DNA of 63,455 nt, filler included, from Octopus bimaculoides (GCF_001194135.2; 7 parts of 7 records of this genome joined end to end with filler, not necessarily neighbours in it); one strand, 5' to 3'. Shown: positions 25,746 through 38,674, numbered from the whole stretch's first letter. Notes: a model not told the origin generated them from the sequence alone. Translations and numbers: made by a program.

Positions 25746-25789
25746 NNNNNNNNNNNNNNNNNNNNNNNNNNNNNNNNNNNNNNNNNNNN

Positions 25790-25817
25790 AATGATGATGA
25801 TAATAATAATAATAATG

Positions 25818-25860
<43 letters not shown>

Positions 25861-25891
25861 TGATGATGATGAAAATGATAATAATAATAAC

Positions 25892-25941
<50 letters not shown>

Positions 25942-25988
25942 TAATAATAATAATAATAATAATGATGATGATAATAATAATAATAATG

Positions 25989-26031
<43 letters not shown>

Positions 26032-26101
26032 CAATAATATTAATGATCTGTCTAATAATATGTCTGGTATAGGTGTTACTTTGAAAAGTAACTATGGCTG
26101 T

Positions 26102-26144
<43 letters not shown>

Positions 26145-26240
26145 GTCGACAATGATGATAACAGTGATGATGCTGATGATGAGGATGATTATGACAGGCA
26201 CAACAGCAACAACAACAATGATAATAATAATAATGATTTC
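25790..26240. repeat. Long compound (AAT)n/(GAT)n/(ACT)n repeat
   Basis: Directly visible. Confidence 0.95.
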
Positions 26241-27467
26241 ATTTGTTTGCCAAAAGGTTGAAGGATGGGAGGGGGGGTATTTAGAGACACATAAAGTGTT
26301 GAAGTTTGCATATAATAACGAAATGTTAAAGAAAGGAAAAAAAACTATACACGGTATACACTGAAAAAAAAGGAACATATGCATAGTATAGAAAATTGTA
26401 TATACATACATATACATACATATACATACATACATACATATATATANNNNNNNNNNNNNNNNNNNNNNNNNNNNNNNNNNNNNNNNNNNNNNNNNNNNNN
26501 NNNNNNNNNNNNNNNNNNNNNNNNNNNNNNNNNNNNNNNNNNNNNNNNNNNNNNNNNNNNNNNNNNNNNNNNNNNNNNNNNNNNNNNNNNNNNNNNNNNN
26601 NNNNNNNNNNNNNNNNNNNNNNNNNNNNNNNNNNNNNNNNNNNNNNNNNNNNNNNNNNNNNNNNNNNNNNNNNNNNNNNNNNNNNNNNNNNNNNNNNNNN
26701 NNNNNNNNNNNNNNNNNNNNNNNNNNNNNNNNNNNNNNNNNNNNNNNNNNNNNNNNNNNNNNNNNNNNNNNNNNNNNNNNNNNNNNNNNNNNNNNNNNNN
26801 NNNNNNNNNNNNNNNNNNNNNNNNNNNNNNNNNNNNNNNNNNNNNNNNNNNNNNNNNNNNNNNNNNNNNNNNNNNNNNNNNNNNNNNNNNNNNNNNNNNN
26901 NNNNNNNNNNNNNNNNNNNNNNNNNNNNNNNNNNNNNNNNNNNNNNNNNNNNNNNNNNNNNNNNNNNNNNNNNNNNNNNNNNNNNNNNNNNNNNNNNNNN
27001 NNNNNNNNNNNNNNNNNNNNNNNNNNNNNNNNNNNNNNNNNNNNNNNNNNNNNNNNNNNNNNNNNNNNNNNNNNNNNNNNNNNNNNNNNNNNNNNNNNNN
27101 NNNNNNNNNNNNNNNNNNNNNNNNNNNNNNNNNNNNNNNNNNNNNNNNNNNNNNNNNNNNNNNNNNNNNNNNNNNNNNNNNNNNNNNNNNNNNNNNNNNN
27201 NNNNNNNNNNNNNNNNNNNNNNNNNNNNNNNNNNNNNNNNNNNNNNNNNNNNNNNNNNNNNNNNNNNNNNNNNNNNNNNNNNNNNNNNNNNNNNNNNNNN
27301 NNNNNNNNNNNNNNNNNNNNNNNNNNNNNNNNNNNNNNNNNNNNNNNNNNNNNNNNNNNNNNNNNNNNNNNNNNNNNNNNNNNNNNNNNNNNNNNNNNNN
27401 NNNNNNNNNNNNNNNNNNNNNNNNNNNNNNNNNNNNNNNTATATATATACATATGTGTGTGTGTACA

Positions 27468-27652
27468 GTAGAATCGTTAGCACTTCGGCGAAATGCTTAG
27501 CGGAATTTCGTCCACTTTTGCGTTCTGAGTTCAAATTCCAAATATGTCCACTTTGGGTTTCAGTTTTTCAAGATCGAATAAAATAAGTACTACTTGAACA
27601 CTGGGGTCCAAGTACCTGAGGTTGCTGGCCCTATGTAAAAATTTGAAACCAT
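27468..27652 (+). mobile_element. SINE family A
   Basis: GAATCGTTAGCAC..AAATGCTTAGCGG..GTTCTGAGTTCAAATTCC..AAATTTGAAACC. Confidence 0.8.
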
Positions 27653-27673
27653 TATATATATATATATATATAG

Positions 27674-28051
27674 GTCTCAGTCATTTGACTGCGACCATGC
27701 TGGAGCACCAGCTTAAAAGGTTTTGTATTCGAAGGAATCGACCCCAGGACTTATTCTTTGTAAGCCGAGTATATGTTCTATCGGCCTTCTATGCCTAATG
27801 GTAAGTTACAGGAACGTAAACACACCAACATCTGTTGTCAAACGATTGTGGGCGGGAAACACACACACACACACACACATATATACGACGGGCTTCTTTC
27901 ACCCTCCGTCTACGAAACCCACATACAAGGCTTTGCTCGAGCGTAGACTATAGTAAAATACAGTTCGTGAAGGTGCTACACGGTGGGACTGAAACCAGAG
28001 CCATGTGGTTGCGAAGCAAGCTACTTACCACACAGCCATGCCTGCGCCTAT
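27674..28051 (-). mobile_element. SINE family B, full length, central (CA)n
   Basis: Both the head (..CACACAGCCATGCCTGCGCCTAT) and the tail (CAGTCATTTGACTGCGACCATGCTGGAGCAC) are present. Confidence 0.85.
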
Positions 28052-28664
28052 ATAATATATAGACATTGTTTAGCAACTAGCACTTTCCTAAAATTCATCG
28101 TCTGCGGAGTAATTTTTTCTCCAATCCCTTAATGCATTAGAAGCAGTTGTGTCTTTCTTCTTTGAAAAAAATTTCTAATTGATGCACCCTCCACTTAACT
28201 TTTACTTACGACAGAATTCTGGCGCGTCGTTTGGAAACAATTCTGTAAGAAACATTCGTGTACAGTAGAAGCGTCTTTGTATGTGTGTGTGTACGTAGCG
28301 CACGTGTGTATATATATTATATATATACATATCTATACACTTGCACACAGACACTTATATACATACACAATATTGTAATTACCTTTTTTCTTGGGAAACA
28401 ATTCTCTCATAATTACCCCGTTCTTTAGCCCCACTTCCGACAGAATTCACCTGTTCTTTGGAAACAATTCTGATAGAAAAAGCTCCTGTTCATTAGGAGC
28501 AATTCTCTGAAAAACACCGTATTCCTTGCAACCAATTATCGATATATCTTTTCAGGCTATGGTGTTCTTAGGTTACACTGAAATGTGATGAAAATGGGAT
28601 AAAATTAGATGAAATACAATTCCGCGGGAACATTTAGATTGAAACATTTAGCTGTGGGATCCGC

Positions 28665-28748
<84 letters not shown>

Positions 28749-29759
28749 GCATGCACACGCACGCACACACACGTACACGCATGCGCACACACGCCCTCAC
28801 ACTCAAAGCATAATCGTACGAACGAACAATCTTACACAAGCCAAATCAAATGTATACACAAACACGCAGACACAAGCAAGCATAGGGACACACATAGACA
28901 CATACACACACACACACATTCACACACTCTCACATGCAGACACACATACAGACACAAATCTTAGACAATAATTCTCATTGTATACACGTATGTGTGGGTG
29001 TGCATATGTACATGCATTACTTTTGTGTGTGTGTATTTGTGTGCATATATNNNNNNNNNNNNNNNNNNNNNNNNNNNNNNNNNNNNNNNNNNNNNNNNNN
29101 NNNNNNNNNNNNNNNNNNNNNNNNNNNNNNNNNNNNNNNNNNNNNNNNNNNNNNNNNNNNNNNNNNNNNNNNNNNNNNNNNNNNNNNNNNNNNNNNNNNN
29201 NNNNNNNNNNNNNNNNNNNNNNNNNNNNNNNNNNNNNNNNNNNNNNNNNNNNNNNNNNNNNNNNNNNNNNNNNNNNNNNNNNNNNNNNNNNNNNNNNNNN
29301 NNNNNNNNNNNNNNNNNNNNNNNNNNNNNNNNNNNNNNNNNNNNNNNNNNNNNNNNNNNNNNNNNNNNNNNNNNNNNNNNNNNNNNNNNNNNNNNNNNNN
29401 NNNNNNNNNNNNNNNNNNNNNNNNNNNNNNNNNNNNNNNNNNNNNNNNNNNNNNNNNNNNNNNNNNNNNNNNNNNNNNNNNNNNNNNNNNNNNNNNNNNN
29501 NNNNNTGATTGATTGTAAATCGGTTCGCTTCTCTCATTCAATGCCTCTATTATCGCTTGGTAGGAAAGGTTTTATTTTTGCGTCTGCTTTGCATAATTCT
29601 GTAAGCCAAATAGATCACTATATATACATATTTCTCTCTCTCTTTCTCTCTCCCTGTTTTCACCCCTCCCTTATTTCATATTTTCCCCCTTCTCTCCCTC
29701 CCTAACTCTCACCCTCTCCACTTACCAACCTACATACATATGCGCATACCTACAAGAAC

Positions 29760-29938
29760 ACACTTGACAACCGGTGTTACCGTGTTTTTGTCCGTGTAAC
29801 TTGGCGTTTCGGGTAAAGAGAACCTATAGAATAAGTACTAGGTTTTAAAAAGTAAGACTTGTTCGACTAAAACCCTTCAAGGTAGTGCTCCAGCATGGCT
29901 GCACCCAAGTTACTTAAACAAATAAAAGATAAAAGGTA
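29760..29938 (+). mobile_element. SINE family B 3' half
   Basis: CTTGACAACCGG..ATAGAATAAGTACTAGG..GTGCTCCAGCATGGC. Confidence 0.75.
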
Positions 29939-30129
29939 AAATATACGTTGTTATATTATTTCATTGTATAATTGTCCACATTGAAGCAGTTGCTCGTACA
30001 TTCGCTGCAGTTTAGCTATCACTTTTATCTGAGAAACCTACGGTCACAGAAATACAAGCGATGTAAAGTCGGTTTCTGAAATATAACTGTAACTACGTAT
30101 ATTATCCAATCTATTCTTTAAAAATTTCG

Positions 30130-30420
30130 AAGGGAAAATTTGCTTTTATCTTAGGCTGTTTTCCCCGTTTCAATAATTCGTCATTTTTTTTCCAACGCAT
30201 GCAAACCTAACCAGGTGCCTTCACACGTCTTCTCATTGGCTAGAAATAGGTAAATACTTTCACTAGAAACTACCTCTAAATTATTACCATCAACTGATGA
30301 TATTTCTCGAGTAATGATGGTCTGTCTAGGGACAATATTCACAGTTATCGACACACTTAACAATGAATAATTAAAGAGCGTTTCGACAGATTTTGAAGTC
30401 ACAATTCCGTTTCGTTTTAA
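30130..30420 (-). mobile_element. Possible LINE remnant, region downstream of the RT domain
   Basis: VDGNNLEVVSSESIYL resembles the RTE-type ..G..LEVV.SF.YLG motif. Confidence 0.35.
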
Positions 30421-30504
30421 TTAGACTGTTGTACCATTTTCTTTGTTATATAATTTATATTTTGATGTTCATAATATTTTAACTGGCTCTCAAACATTGC
30501 ACAA

Positions 30505-30541
<37 letters not shown>

Positions 30542-30896
30542 NNNNNNNNNNNNNNNNNNNNNNNNNNNNNNNNNNNNNNNNNNNNNNNNNNNNNNNNNNN
30601 NNNNNNNNNNNNNNNNNNNNNNNNNNNNNNNNNNNNNNNNNNNNNNNNNNNNNNNNNNNNNNNNNNNNNNNNNNNNNNNNNNNNNNNNNNNNNNNNNNNN
30701 NNNNNNNNNNNNNNNNNNNNNNNNNNNNNNNNNNNNNNNNNNNNNNNNNNNNNNNNNNNNNNNNNNNNNNNNNNNNNNNNNNNNNNNNNNNNNNNNNNNN
30801 NNNNNNNNNNNNNNNNNNNNNNNNNNNNNNNNNNNNNNNNNNNNNNNNNNNNNNNNNNNNNNNNNNNNNNNNNNNNNNNNNNNNNNNNNNNNNNNN

Positions 30897-30942
<46 letters not shown>

Positions 30943-31238
30943 ATACATGTATGTGTATGTGTGTCTGTAAATGTATGCGTTCGAGTTACAATATATTCTG
31001 GTTGTACGAAGCTAGAGCGTGGCTGTTGCATTTTGCTCTGCGTTAGAGAATACCGTGTAGCTGTATTATATTAATATAATGTAGGAAGGAATATAATGTA
31101 TATCAAATTGTGAATGGGGGAAGTGTGTGTGTGTGTGTGTGTATGTCCGTGCTCGCACGTATGCGAGTATTTGGTGCCAAGTTCAATGCGTGTGTGCATA
31201 TACATACCCTACATTTATGTTGAATGAACTTATTTTCC

Positions 31239-31267
<29 letters not shown>

Positions 31268-31279
<12 letters not shown>

Positions 31280-31678
31280 CATCTATCTAGCGGTATTATG
31301 TCTGCCGTTACGTCCTGAGTTCAAATTCCGCCGCGGTCAACTTTGCCTTTCCTCCTTTCGAGGTCGATAAATGAAGTACCAGTTACGCACTGGGGTCGAT
31401 ATAATCGACTTGATCCCTCTGTCTGTCCTTGTTTGTCCCCTCTCTGTTTAGCCCCTTGAGGGCAATAACGAAATAAGAAACGTTAGCAGGCCGCGCGAAA
31501 TGCTTAGCGGTATTTTCTCTGCCGTCACGTTCTGAGTTCAAATTTACCTTTCATCCTTTCGGAGTCGATACATTAAGTACCAGTTACGCACTGCGGTTGA
31601 TGTAATCCACTTAATCTCTTTGTCTGTCCTTGTTTGTCCCCTCTATGTTTAGCCCTTGAGGGCAATAAAGAAATAATA
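31268..31678 (+). mobile_element. Head-to-tail dimer of a SINE-A subfamily with a distinct tail
   Basis: Unit 1 spans 31268-31465 and unit 2 spans 31466-31678; both end TGTCTGTCCTTGTTTGTCCCCTCT..TTTAGCCC(C)TTGAGGGCAATAA.GAAATA. Confidence 0.85.
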
Positions 31679-31809
31679 AACTATCTGGTCACCCGTCTGA
31701 TATATAACCCTCAACCACGGGGTTGCAAAAACGAGTTTCTTAACCACACAGACATGCCTGCGCTCATATTAATTTAGGCGACACTTTTTTTATTCTTACG
31801 AAACGTCTC

Positions 31810-32420
31810 CAATATCTTGAAACGCAGCGATATGATATCAGATATTTTCTCTGTAATCAATCCATGCTATATTCAGCTAAACCTTTTCTTTCACTTGTTC
31901 CTATTTATTATTATTTCTCTTTTTCCTTTCCATTTGTTTTGTAATTACCACATCACTAGTAGAAACTGTTTCCGAATTACACATTTCTTTTTCCAACACC
32001 CATTTTACTCCCTTGGTAATATATTATTACTTTCCAGATGAACAGCCAGTCTCTTATAGATTATAGATATCCGGTTGTTGTCTATTATTGGTAAGTTACA
32101 AGCTATATCTTTGTAGTTCGTAACGGCTTCTCTTGTTTGTATTCTGGGCAATCAATTCAGGTGTTTATTATGGTTTGTTTAGTAATATATTGAAAAAATT
32201 CTTGCCACAAGATTAATGGCTACTGTTCAGGTATTACAACAAGAAATAGGGGTTTTATCAATCCCGAGGGCTTACAAGTTGTTAGCAACAGTCTTTATCG
32301 TTTTAGTGAATTGGTTTCCAGTTATATTGGACTAGTCTGCTTCTAATGTTATTGTATTTTCTTATTCTTTTCCTTTCTAATCTGTCGTATATTTTATTGT
32401 AGTGAGCGTTTATTTTCTTG
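31810..32420 (-). mobile_element. R4/Dong-clade non-LTR retrotransposon RT remnant
   Basis: Minus strand reads ALGIDK..TNYKDIAC..KRLAVHLESNNILPRE*NGC.K..KQFLL.. / NIAWIDYR; the same RT region as the intact fragment at 48394. Confidence 0.7.
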
Positions 32421-32426
32421 CAATGC

Positions 32427-32516
32427 TTCTTCTTCTTCTTCTTCTTCTTCTTCTTCTTCTTCTTCTTCTTCTTCTTCTTCTTCTTCTCCTTGTTATTATT
32501 ATTATCATTATTATTA

Positions 32517-32560
<44 letters not shown>

Positions 32561-32562
32561 TT
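32427..32562. repeat. (CTT)n followed by (ATT)n
   Basis: Directly visible. Confidence 0.95.
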
Positions 32563-32565
32563 ATG

Positions 32566-33210
32566 AAGGCGGTGAGCTGGCAAAAGATGTTTAATACGCC
32601 TGAAAAATTGCTTAGCTGTATTTCATCCGTTTTACGTTCTGAGTTCAAATCCCACCGAGGTCGACTTTGCCTTTCATCCTTTTGAATCGATAAATTAAGT
32701 AGCAGCAATGCACTGGGGTCGATGCAATCGACTATCCCCTTCCTCAAATGTCAGGCCTTGTGCCTATAGTAGAAAGGATTCTTCTTCTTCTTCTTCTTCT
32801 TCTTCTTCTTCTTCTTCTTCTTCTTCTTCTTCTTCTTCTTCTTCTTCGTCTTCTCTTTCTTCTTCTTCTTCTTCTTCTTCTTCTTCTCAGGCGGCATGCT
32901 CGCGGAACCATTAGCATGTCGGACAAAATGCTTATCGGCACTTCATCTGTCTCCACGTTCTGAGTTCAAATACCGCGGAGGTTGAATTTTAACATTTCGG
33001 GATTGATAAAATACACACCAGTTGTACACTATGGTCGATGTATTTGACTATCCCCATCCCCCAAATTTTCAGGCTTTATGCCTATAGTTGAAAGAATTAT
33101 TATTATCAAGGTACGAGCAGGCAGACTCGTTAATACGCCTGGTAAATTGCGTTGAGGCATTTCGCCCGTCTACACGTTCTCTGTTCAAATTCCACCATGG
33201 TCGACTTTTG
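32566..33210 (+). mobile_element. Three SINE-A copies in tandem (32566-32780, 32889-33097, 33107-33210) separated by (CTT)n/(ATT)n
   Basis: Each copy starts with an AAGG(C/T)..GAGC..G head, all in the same orientation. Confidence 0.8.
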
Positions 33211-33751
33211 TTGATGTTGCTGTCGAGGTTCTTACTAATCGTTCTGTCTGCACTTTTGTAGATGCTCTTTTCGCAGCAATTATTGTAATCATTGTTTCAT
33301 TCTTAATGATCTCCTTCTGGCTGCTATCATAATAATTGATTTTGTTGATGTTGTTCTCGTCGTCATCGTTATCTTAGTTGTCGTCTGCTTCCTCGTTCTC
33401 GTTTTTGTTCTTCTATGTTAGCATGACTTAACTGCGTCACCATTAGTATTTAGCAATATTGTGTTGAGTCAAAAGTTTATATTTATATTATATAAAATTG
33501 TATTTTTTATTACTCAGTTGCAACAAAAGCAGCTTAACATTCAAAGTAGAGACCATCACGTTGCTTCGTCCGAAGCCACTTTTGTGCGTGTGTCTTTAAT
33601 CACATGCTGATACCAGTTCTTTTCCTTCAAGGCAAAGAAGTCCTTCACTGAATCCCCCTTTTCCTTGATCAGGCGTCGCAAGCGCAGGAAACGAGCCATA
33701 GTTCCAAGGCAGCAGTAGTAATAGCAGCAGCAGCAGCAGCAGCAGCAGCAC

Positions 33752-33804
<53 letters not shown>

Positions 33805-34547
33805 ACTACAGCAGCAAAGATGGTAGAAGCATTCTGAAAATTTAACACACCCATTACTCCACAATGCATCATTCACAGGAAAATTCTTTCCTTTGNNNNN
33901 NNNNNNNNNNNNNNNNNNNNNNNNNNNNNNNNNNNNNNNNNNNNNNNNNNNNNNNNNNNNNNNNNNNNNNNNNNNNNNNNNNNNNNNNNNNNNNNNNNNN
34001 NNNNNNNNNNNNNNNNNNNNNNNNNNNNNNNNNNNNNNNNNNNNNNNNNNNNNNNNNNNNNNNNNNNNNNNNNNNNNNNNNNNNNNNNNNNNNNNNNNNN
34101 NNNNNNNNNNNNNNNNNNNNNNNNNNNNNNNNNNNNNNNNNNNNNNNNNNNNNNNNNNNNNNNNNNNNNNNNNNNNNNNNNNNNNNNNNNNNNNNNNNNN
34201 NNNNNNNNNNNNNNNNNNNNNNNNNNNNNNNNNNNNNNNNNNNNNNNNNNNNNNNNNNNNNNNNNNNNNNNNNNNNNNNNNNNNNNNNNNNNNNNNNNNN
34301 NNNNNNNNNNNNNNNNNNNNNNNNNNNNNNNNNNNNNNNNNNNNNNNNNNNNNNNNNNNNNNNNNNNNNNNNNNNNNNNNNNNNNNNNNNNNNNNNNNNN
34401 NNNNNNNATGTATGTATGTATGTATGTATGTATATATACTGTGAACAAGGCTGCGTGGCGTCCGATTGTAGATAAATAGATACAAAATACATGAAGGACA
34501 TCACCAATGAGTAAAATATACATAAACACACGGGAGATAAGTATATA

Positions 34548-34585
<38 letters not shown>

Positions 34586-34689
34586 CATGGATGTAACTGA
34601 AAATCAAGAGGAGAATGAAGATTTATTCACATGCAAAATTTTTTGATTAAAGAGTTTCTTACAGTATATATAACAATGACCGACATATG

Positions 34690-35000
34690 TTTCTACTTGT
34701 TTCAGTTATTGGTCTCCGACCATCCTGGGGCTCCGCCTTCAAGAATATCTGTCAAAATAATCGCCTCCAGTTTTGAAAAGTATCTTTTGCCGAACTGCTA
34801 GTTCACAGGGCCATAAGCGCACTAACACCAGTTCGTAGGCGGTGGTGGTAGTGGTGGTGGTGCTGGGGCACAAACACAGACCGACACACACAAATACCTA
34901 CGCACACGTACGAGGGGTTTCTTTTAGTACCCATCTACCAGAAGTTTTTGTCAGCCTGAAACTATGGTAGAAAACTCGCCAAAGATACCATGGACTGTCA
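34690..35000 (-). mobile_element. SINE family B, diverged
   Basis: TACTTGTTTCAGT tail, TCTTTTGCCGAACTGCTAG body, and a degraded head. Confidence 0.65.
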
Positions 35001-35953
35001 CATTAGTCGAAAGTATGTATCTAAATACATATACATGTATGTATATAAGTATGTAAGTATGTTTGTATGTGCGTGTACATGTATGTATGTATGTATGTAT
35101 GTATGTATGTATTGGTAGCGCTATTTTTCATCCCTCTCTTCAAGTAATGTAACACCTGTTTGACCACACATCTTCAATATCCCGATTCCTTCTTTATAAC
35201 AACAGTGGCTTTCTGAAGTTCGGTATATGCGAAATATATTCCCTGCAGCCATCGTCGTGCACGATAGTGAGCTACAGTAACGTCGGAGGGCAGAGTCGCT
35301 TTCTTTTGGATCAAAAAGATGAAATATTAACAAAAAAATGTCATTATGTGCAGACATAAATACATACATTTAGATAAGATTGGCATATATANNNNNNNNN
35401 NNNNNNNNNNNNNNNNNNNNNNNNNNNNNNNNNNNTTAATTAATTAANNNNNNNNNNNNNNNNNNNNNNNNNNNNNNNNNNNNNNNNNNNNACGGTCATC
35501 GTTTTCGTAAGGTACCGGTTCGTTTATTTCTGTTGTCAGATTGTTTTGCACGTTCAGATCTTCGTATTTTTTTCGTAACAAGCTTACAGTACGCACTTCT
35601 CGGTTGTTATTCTTGGGTGTAATAATACCGGTGTTATTTAATCTGTTTGTAATTTTTTTGTACATGGTATTTTGGGGTTCGAAGATGGTTTGATTTTGAT
35701 GTAACACGTGTGTTTACGATCGCTGTGCGGGTAGTGGAGGTATCAAGTTAAAATACATCATTATATTTGGAAAAATAGAAATAAATTTCAATGAGTATTA
35801 CTTACTCGGATATAGTCCAACCCTTTTTCAGCTATTTTTTTGCTCAATGCAATGTCTTTATTTCCGATGTTTTTTGTATAAGTTTCGGAGCAGTGATTTA
35901 TCGTTCTCACATGTTAAACTTCCCCGGTGTAGTCTCTCTAAACTTCCCCGGTG

Positions 35954-36042
35954 TATAGAACAGGATATAAGCTACCAAAGAATCAAGTTCATTACCAAGT
36001 TCCAATTAGCCTTAAGTCATTGTTTTCAGATGTCTTAGTTTA

Positions 36043-36045
<3 letters not shown>
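35954..36045 (+). repeat. 92-bp direct repeat, copy 1 (copy 2 at 37416-37507)
   Basis: TATAGAACAGGATATAAGCTACC...GATGTCTTAGTTTAATT; 3 mismatches between the copies. Confidence 0.9.
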
Positions 36046-36122
<77 letters not shown>

Positions 36123-36123
36123 C

Positions 36124-36517
36124 CTACTCTTTTACTTGTTTCAGTCATTTGACTGCGGCCATGCTGTAACACCACCTTTAGTCGAGCAAATCGACTCCAG
36201 AGCTTATTCTTCGTAAGCCTAGTACTTATTCTATCGGTCTCTTTTGTCGAACTGCTACGTTAACACACCAGCATCGGTTGTCAAGCGATGTTGGGGAGAC
36301 AAACACAGATACACATGCATATAACACACATACATATACATATATATACAGATACGATGGGCTTCTTCCAGTTTCCGTCTACCAAATCCATTCGCAAGGC
36401 TTTGGTTGGCCCGAGGCTATAGTAGAAGACACTTCCCCAAGATGCCACACGGTGGCACTGAACCTGGGACCATGTGGTTGGTAAGCAATCTACTTAACAC
36501 ACAGCCACCACTGCGCC

Positions 36518-36520
<3 letters not shown>
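36124..36520 (-). mobile_element. SINE family B, full length, well conserved
   Basis: Complete head, central CA/TA tract and tail; flanked by (ATT)n and (AAT)n. Confidence 0.9.
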
Positions 36521-36580
<60 letters not shown>

Positions 36581-38375
36581 TATTATTATTATTATTATTA
36601 TTAATCGAAAATCAATTCAAAATTTTCAGATCCAATTGAAAAATTTGAATTGCTAATTTTTTTTTTCGAGATGTTGGTCTCTGTCGACTTTTTGCAAATG
36701 TCTGAGTTTTTTAGTCTAAGCTCTCTATACAAATGTTTTCATGCCATTGTATATGTTTATATGAATAAGCAGATGTCATTGTGTTAGCCTGATGAAAATA
36801 CCTGATTTTAGAAAATGGATGGTAAATTTAAATGGTTATTGCTTAAATTCATAAAAGGCAAATAAAATAAACATTAATCAAACTAGTTAGCAAAACTTAA
36901 CATACATTTCATATAGCTCCATTTATCGATCATGTAAAAATGAGGAACATAAAAGCCATTTGCTATTTAAATGTTATTTTAAAATCTTTTCCGGTAACAG
37001 ATTATAGCAACAAAGTTATGAATAAAAGCTTCAAAATCTCGTATAATTATTTCACCTTTGGACTGCAGGGAGGGTTGTCCAGCGTAATATCAAATTCTAT
37101 TTTTGCTATTTTAAATATTTTAAAATCACATTAACATTAGAGTTGATATAAAAATATGACTACGTTATGAGCCTTATTCGGATAGCGATCGACAAGAAAT
37201 TGAAGCTTAGCACAGTGAGTAACAATACTTCCGTCAATTTTAGCGTTAAGTCCCTTTTCAGCAGCTAAGTAAACTACACTTTGGAATATAATTGCAAATA
37301 TATTGGTTAGATATATGGTGTAAAATCGTTTGGCAAGACAGAAGATTAATCATAACATGCGAACTAGCGATCTGTAGGCGTATCTATTTGCAACTCTTGA
37401 AGTTCTGAGAGAAAATATAGAACAGGATATAAGCTACCAAAAAATCAAGTTCATTACCAAGTTCCAATTAGCCTTAAGTTATTGTTTACAGATGTCTTAG
37501 TTTAATTTGTATCAGTGTGCTTAAAGCAACTAAACATTAATGTAATACAATCTTATAGATATAACTGCAACTGAGCTGTTAGTTTATGCGGTCCCATGAT
37601 GGATAAAAAAAGCTGTTAGTACACACTCTAAATGAGATTATTCCAATGAAATCTGTTATTATCACTTTTCAAACATATCTATGCAGATTTTTCCATAAGA
37701 ATTATAATCCTGCTAGAATAGCTATTGGAGACATAGGATTATCGACAGCATATTGCAGTTTTATTGACTGCTTACTTCGTCTAAGCGGGGAAAAAAATAA
37801 AGGAATTGCATTGAATAGTATTGCTGATATTAGGCATTGGTTTCCAGAGAAATATGAAATACATTAACTTGAGTAAAATATAAATGGGGTCAAATAAAAG
37901 CAATATCTATGAATTATCAATTGAAGTGTTAAGTAGTGTTATACGATATTTATATATTTCCAGTTGACATCTTCTGACGTTTTCAATTATTAGTAGATCT
38001 TAAGAAGTAGCTTAATCTTCAAATCAATCAGAAATTATTTAAGAGAATGTATGATGGTAATGTATTTTAATCAATATGCATCATATCTACATGTTCCTCA
38101 TGATAGAGTAAAATTTGAAATGCTTTATTCGAATATGAATTGAGATTTCGGTTTTTTATTATTTCTTCTTACTGGAAATTGAAGATTTTCTGACGATCAA
38201 AGAAAATTAGTATAAATTCAAGTGACCTCTATTAATTTTTTGCGAGGATAAAGCAACCATCATAATTAAAGCTAATATGTAGAAGTGAAGTGTAATGGCT
38301 TAACCTTTGAATTATCTCTGTGTGCACTGAGCTATATTCTATTTAGAGAAAATTACACAGCTCACAGGAATTCAG

Positions 38376-38636
38376 AGGAAAACTAATATTGCAAGAAATT
38401 TTCAATTTTATTATTTCATTCCACTGATGTAGCAGTGAAATAAATACTTTTATAAGCAAAATAATTGCAAAGTGACCTTAGTACACACAAACACACACGC
38501 GCGAGCACACTCACACATGCACGCACACACACAGACGCACACGCGTACGCACACACACACACACACACGCACACGCACACGCGCACGCACGCACNNNNNN
38601 NNNNACACACACGCACACGCACACGCGCACGCACGC

Positions 38637-38674
<38 letters not shown>

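Noticed and set aside
25690-25789. Recurrent TTAATTAATTAA motif as a biological signal
   Set aside because: It is always centred in exactly 44 N + 12 + 44 N, so it is an assembler-inserted linker.
26076-27586. Longest ORFs in the track (370-458 aa), and others spanning N runs
   Set aside because: They consist of X from gaps plus flanking microsatellite.
32038-32090. Apparent exon with a strong acceptor and TTG|GTAAGT donor (MNSQSLIDYRYPVVVYY)
   Set aside because: It lies antisense within a clear R4/Dong RT remnant; most likely coincidental, although exonisation cannot be excluded.
35492-35707. Minus-strand frame LHQNQTIFEPQNTMYKKITNRLNNTGIITPK.. running into a linker
   Set aside because: Looks protein-like (possibly a LINE N-terminal region) but has no diagnostic motif and is truncated by the gap.
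36785-36830. CTGATGA...GAAA spacing suggestive of a hammerhead (also at 18028-18060)
   Set aside because: No valid stem II closing pair or NUH/stem I geometry.
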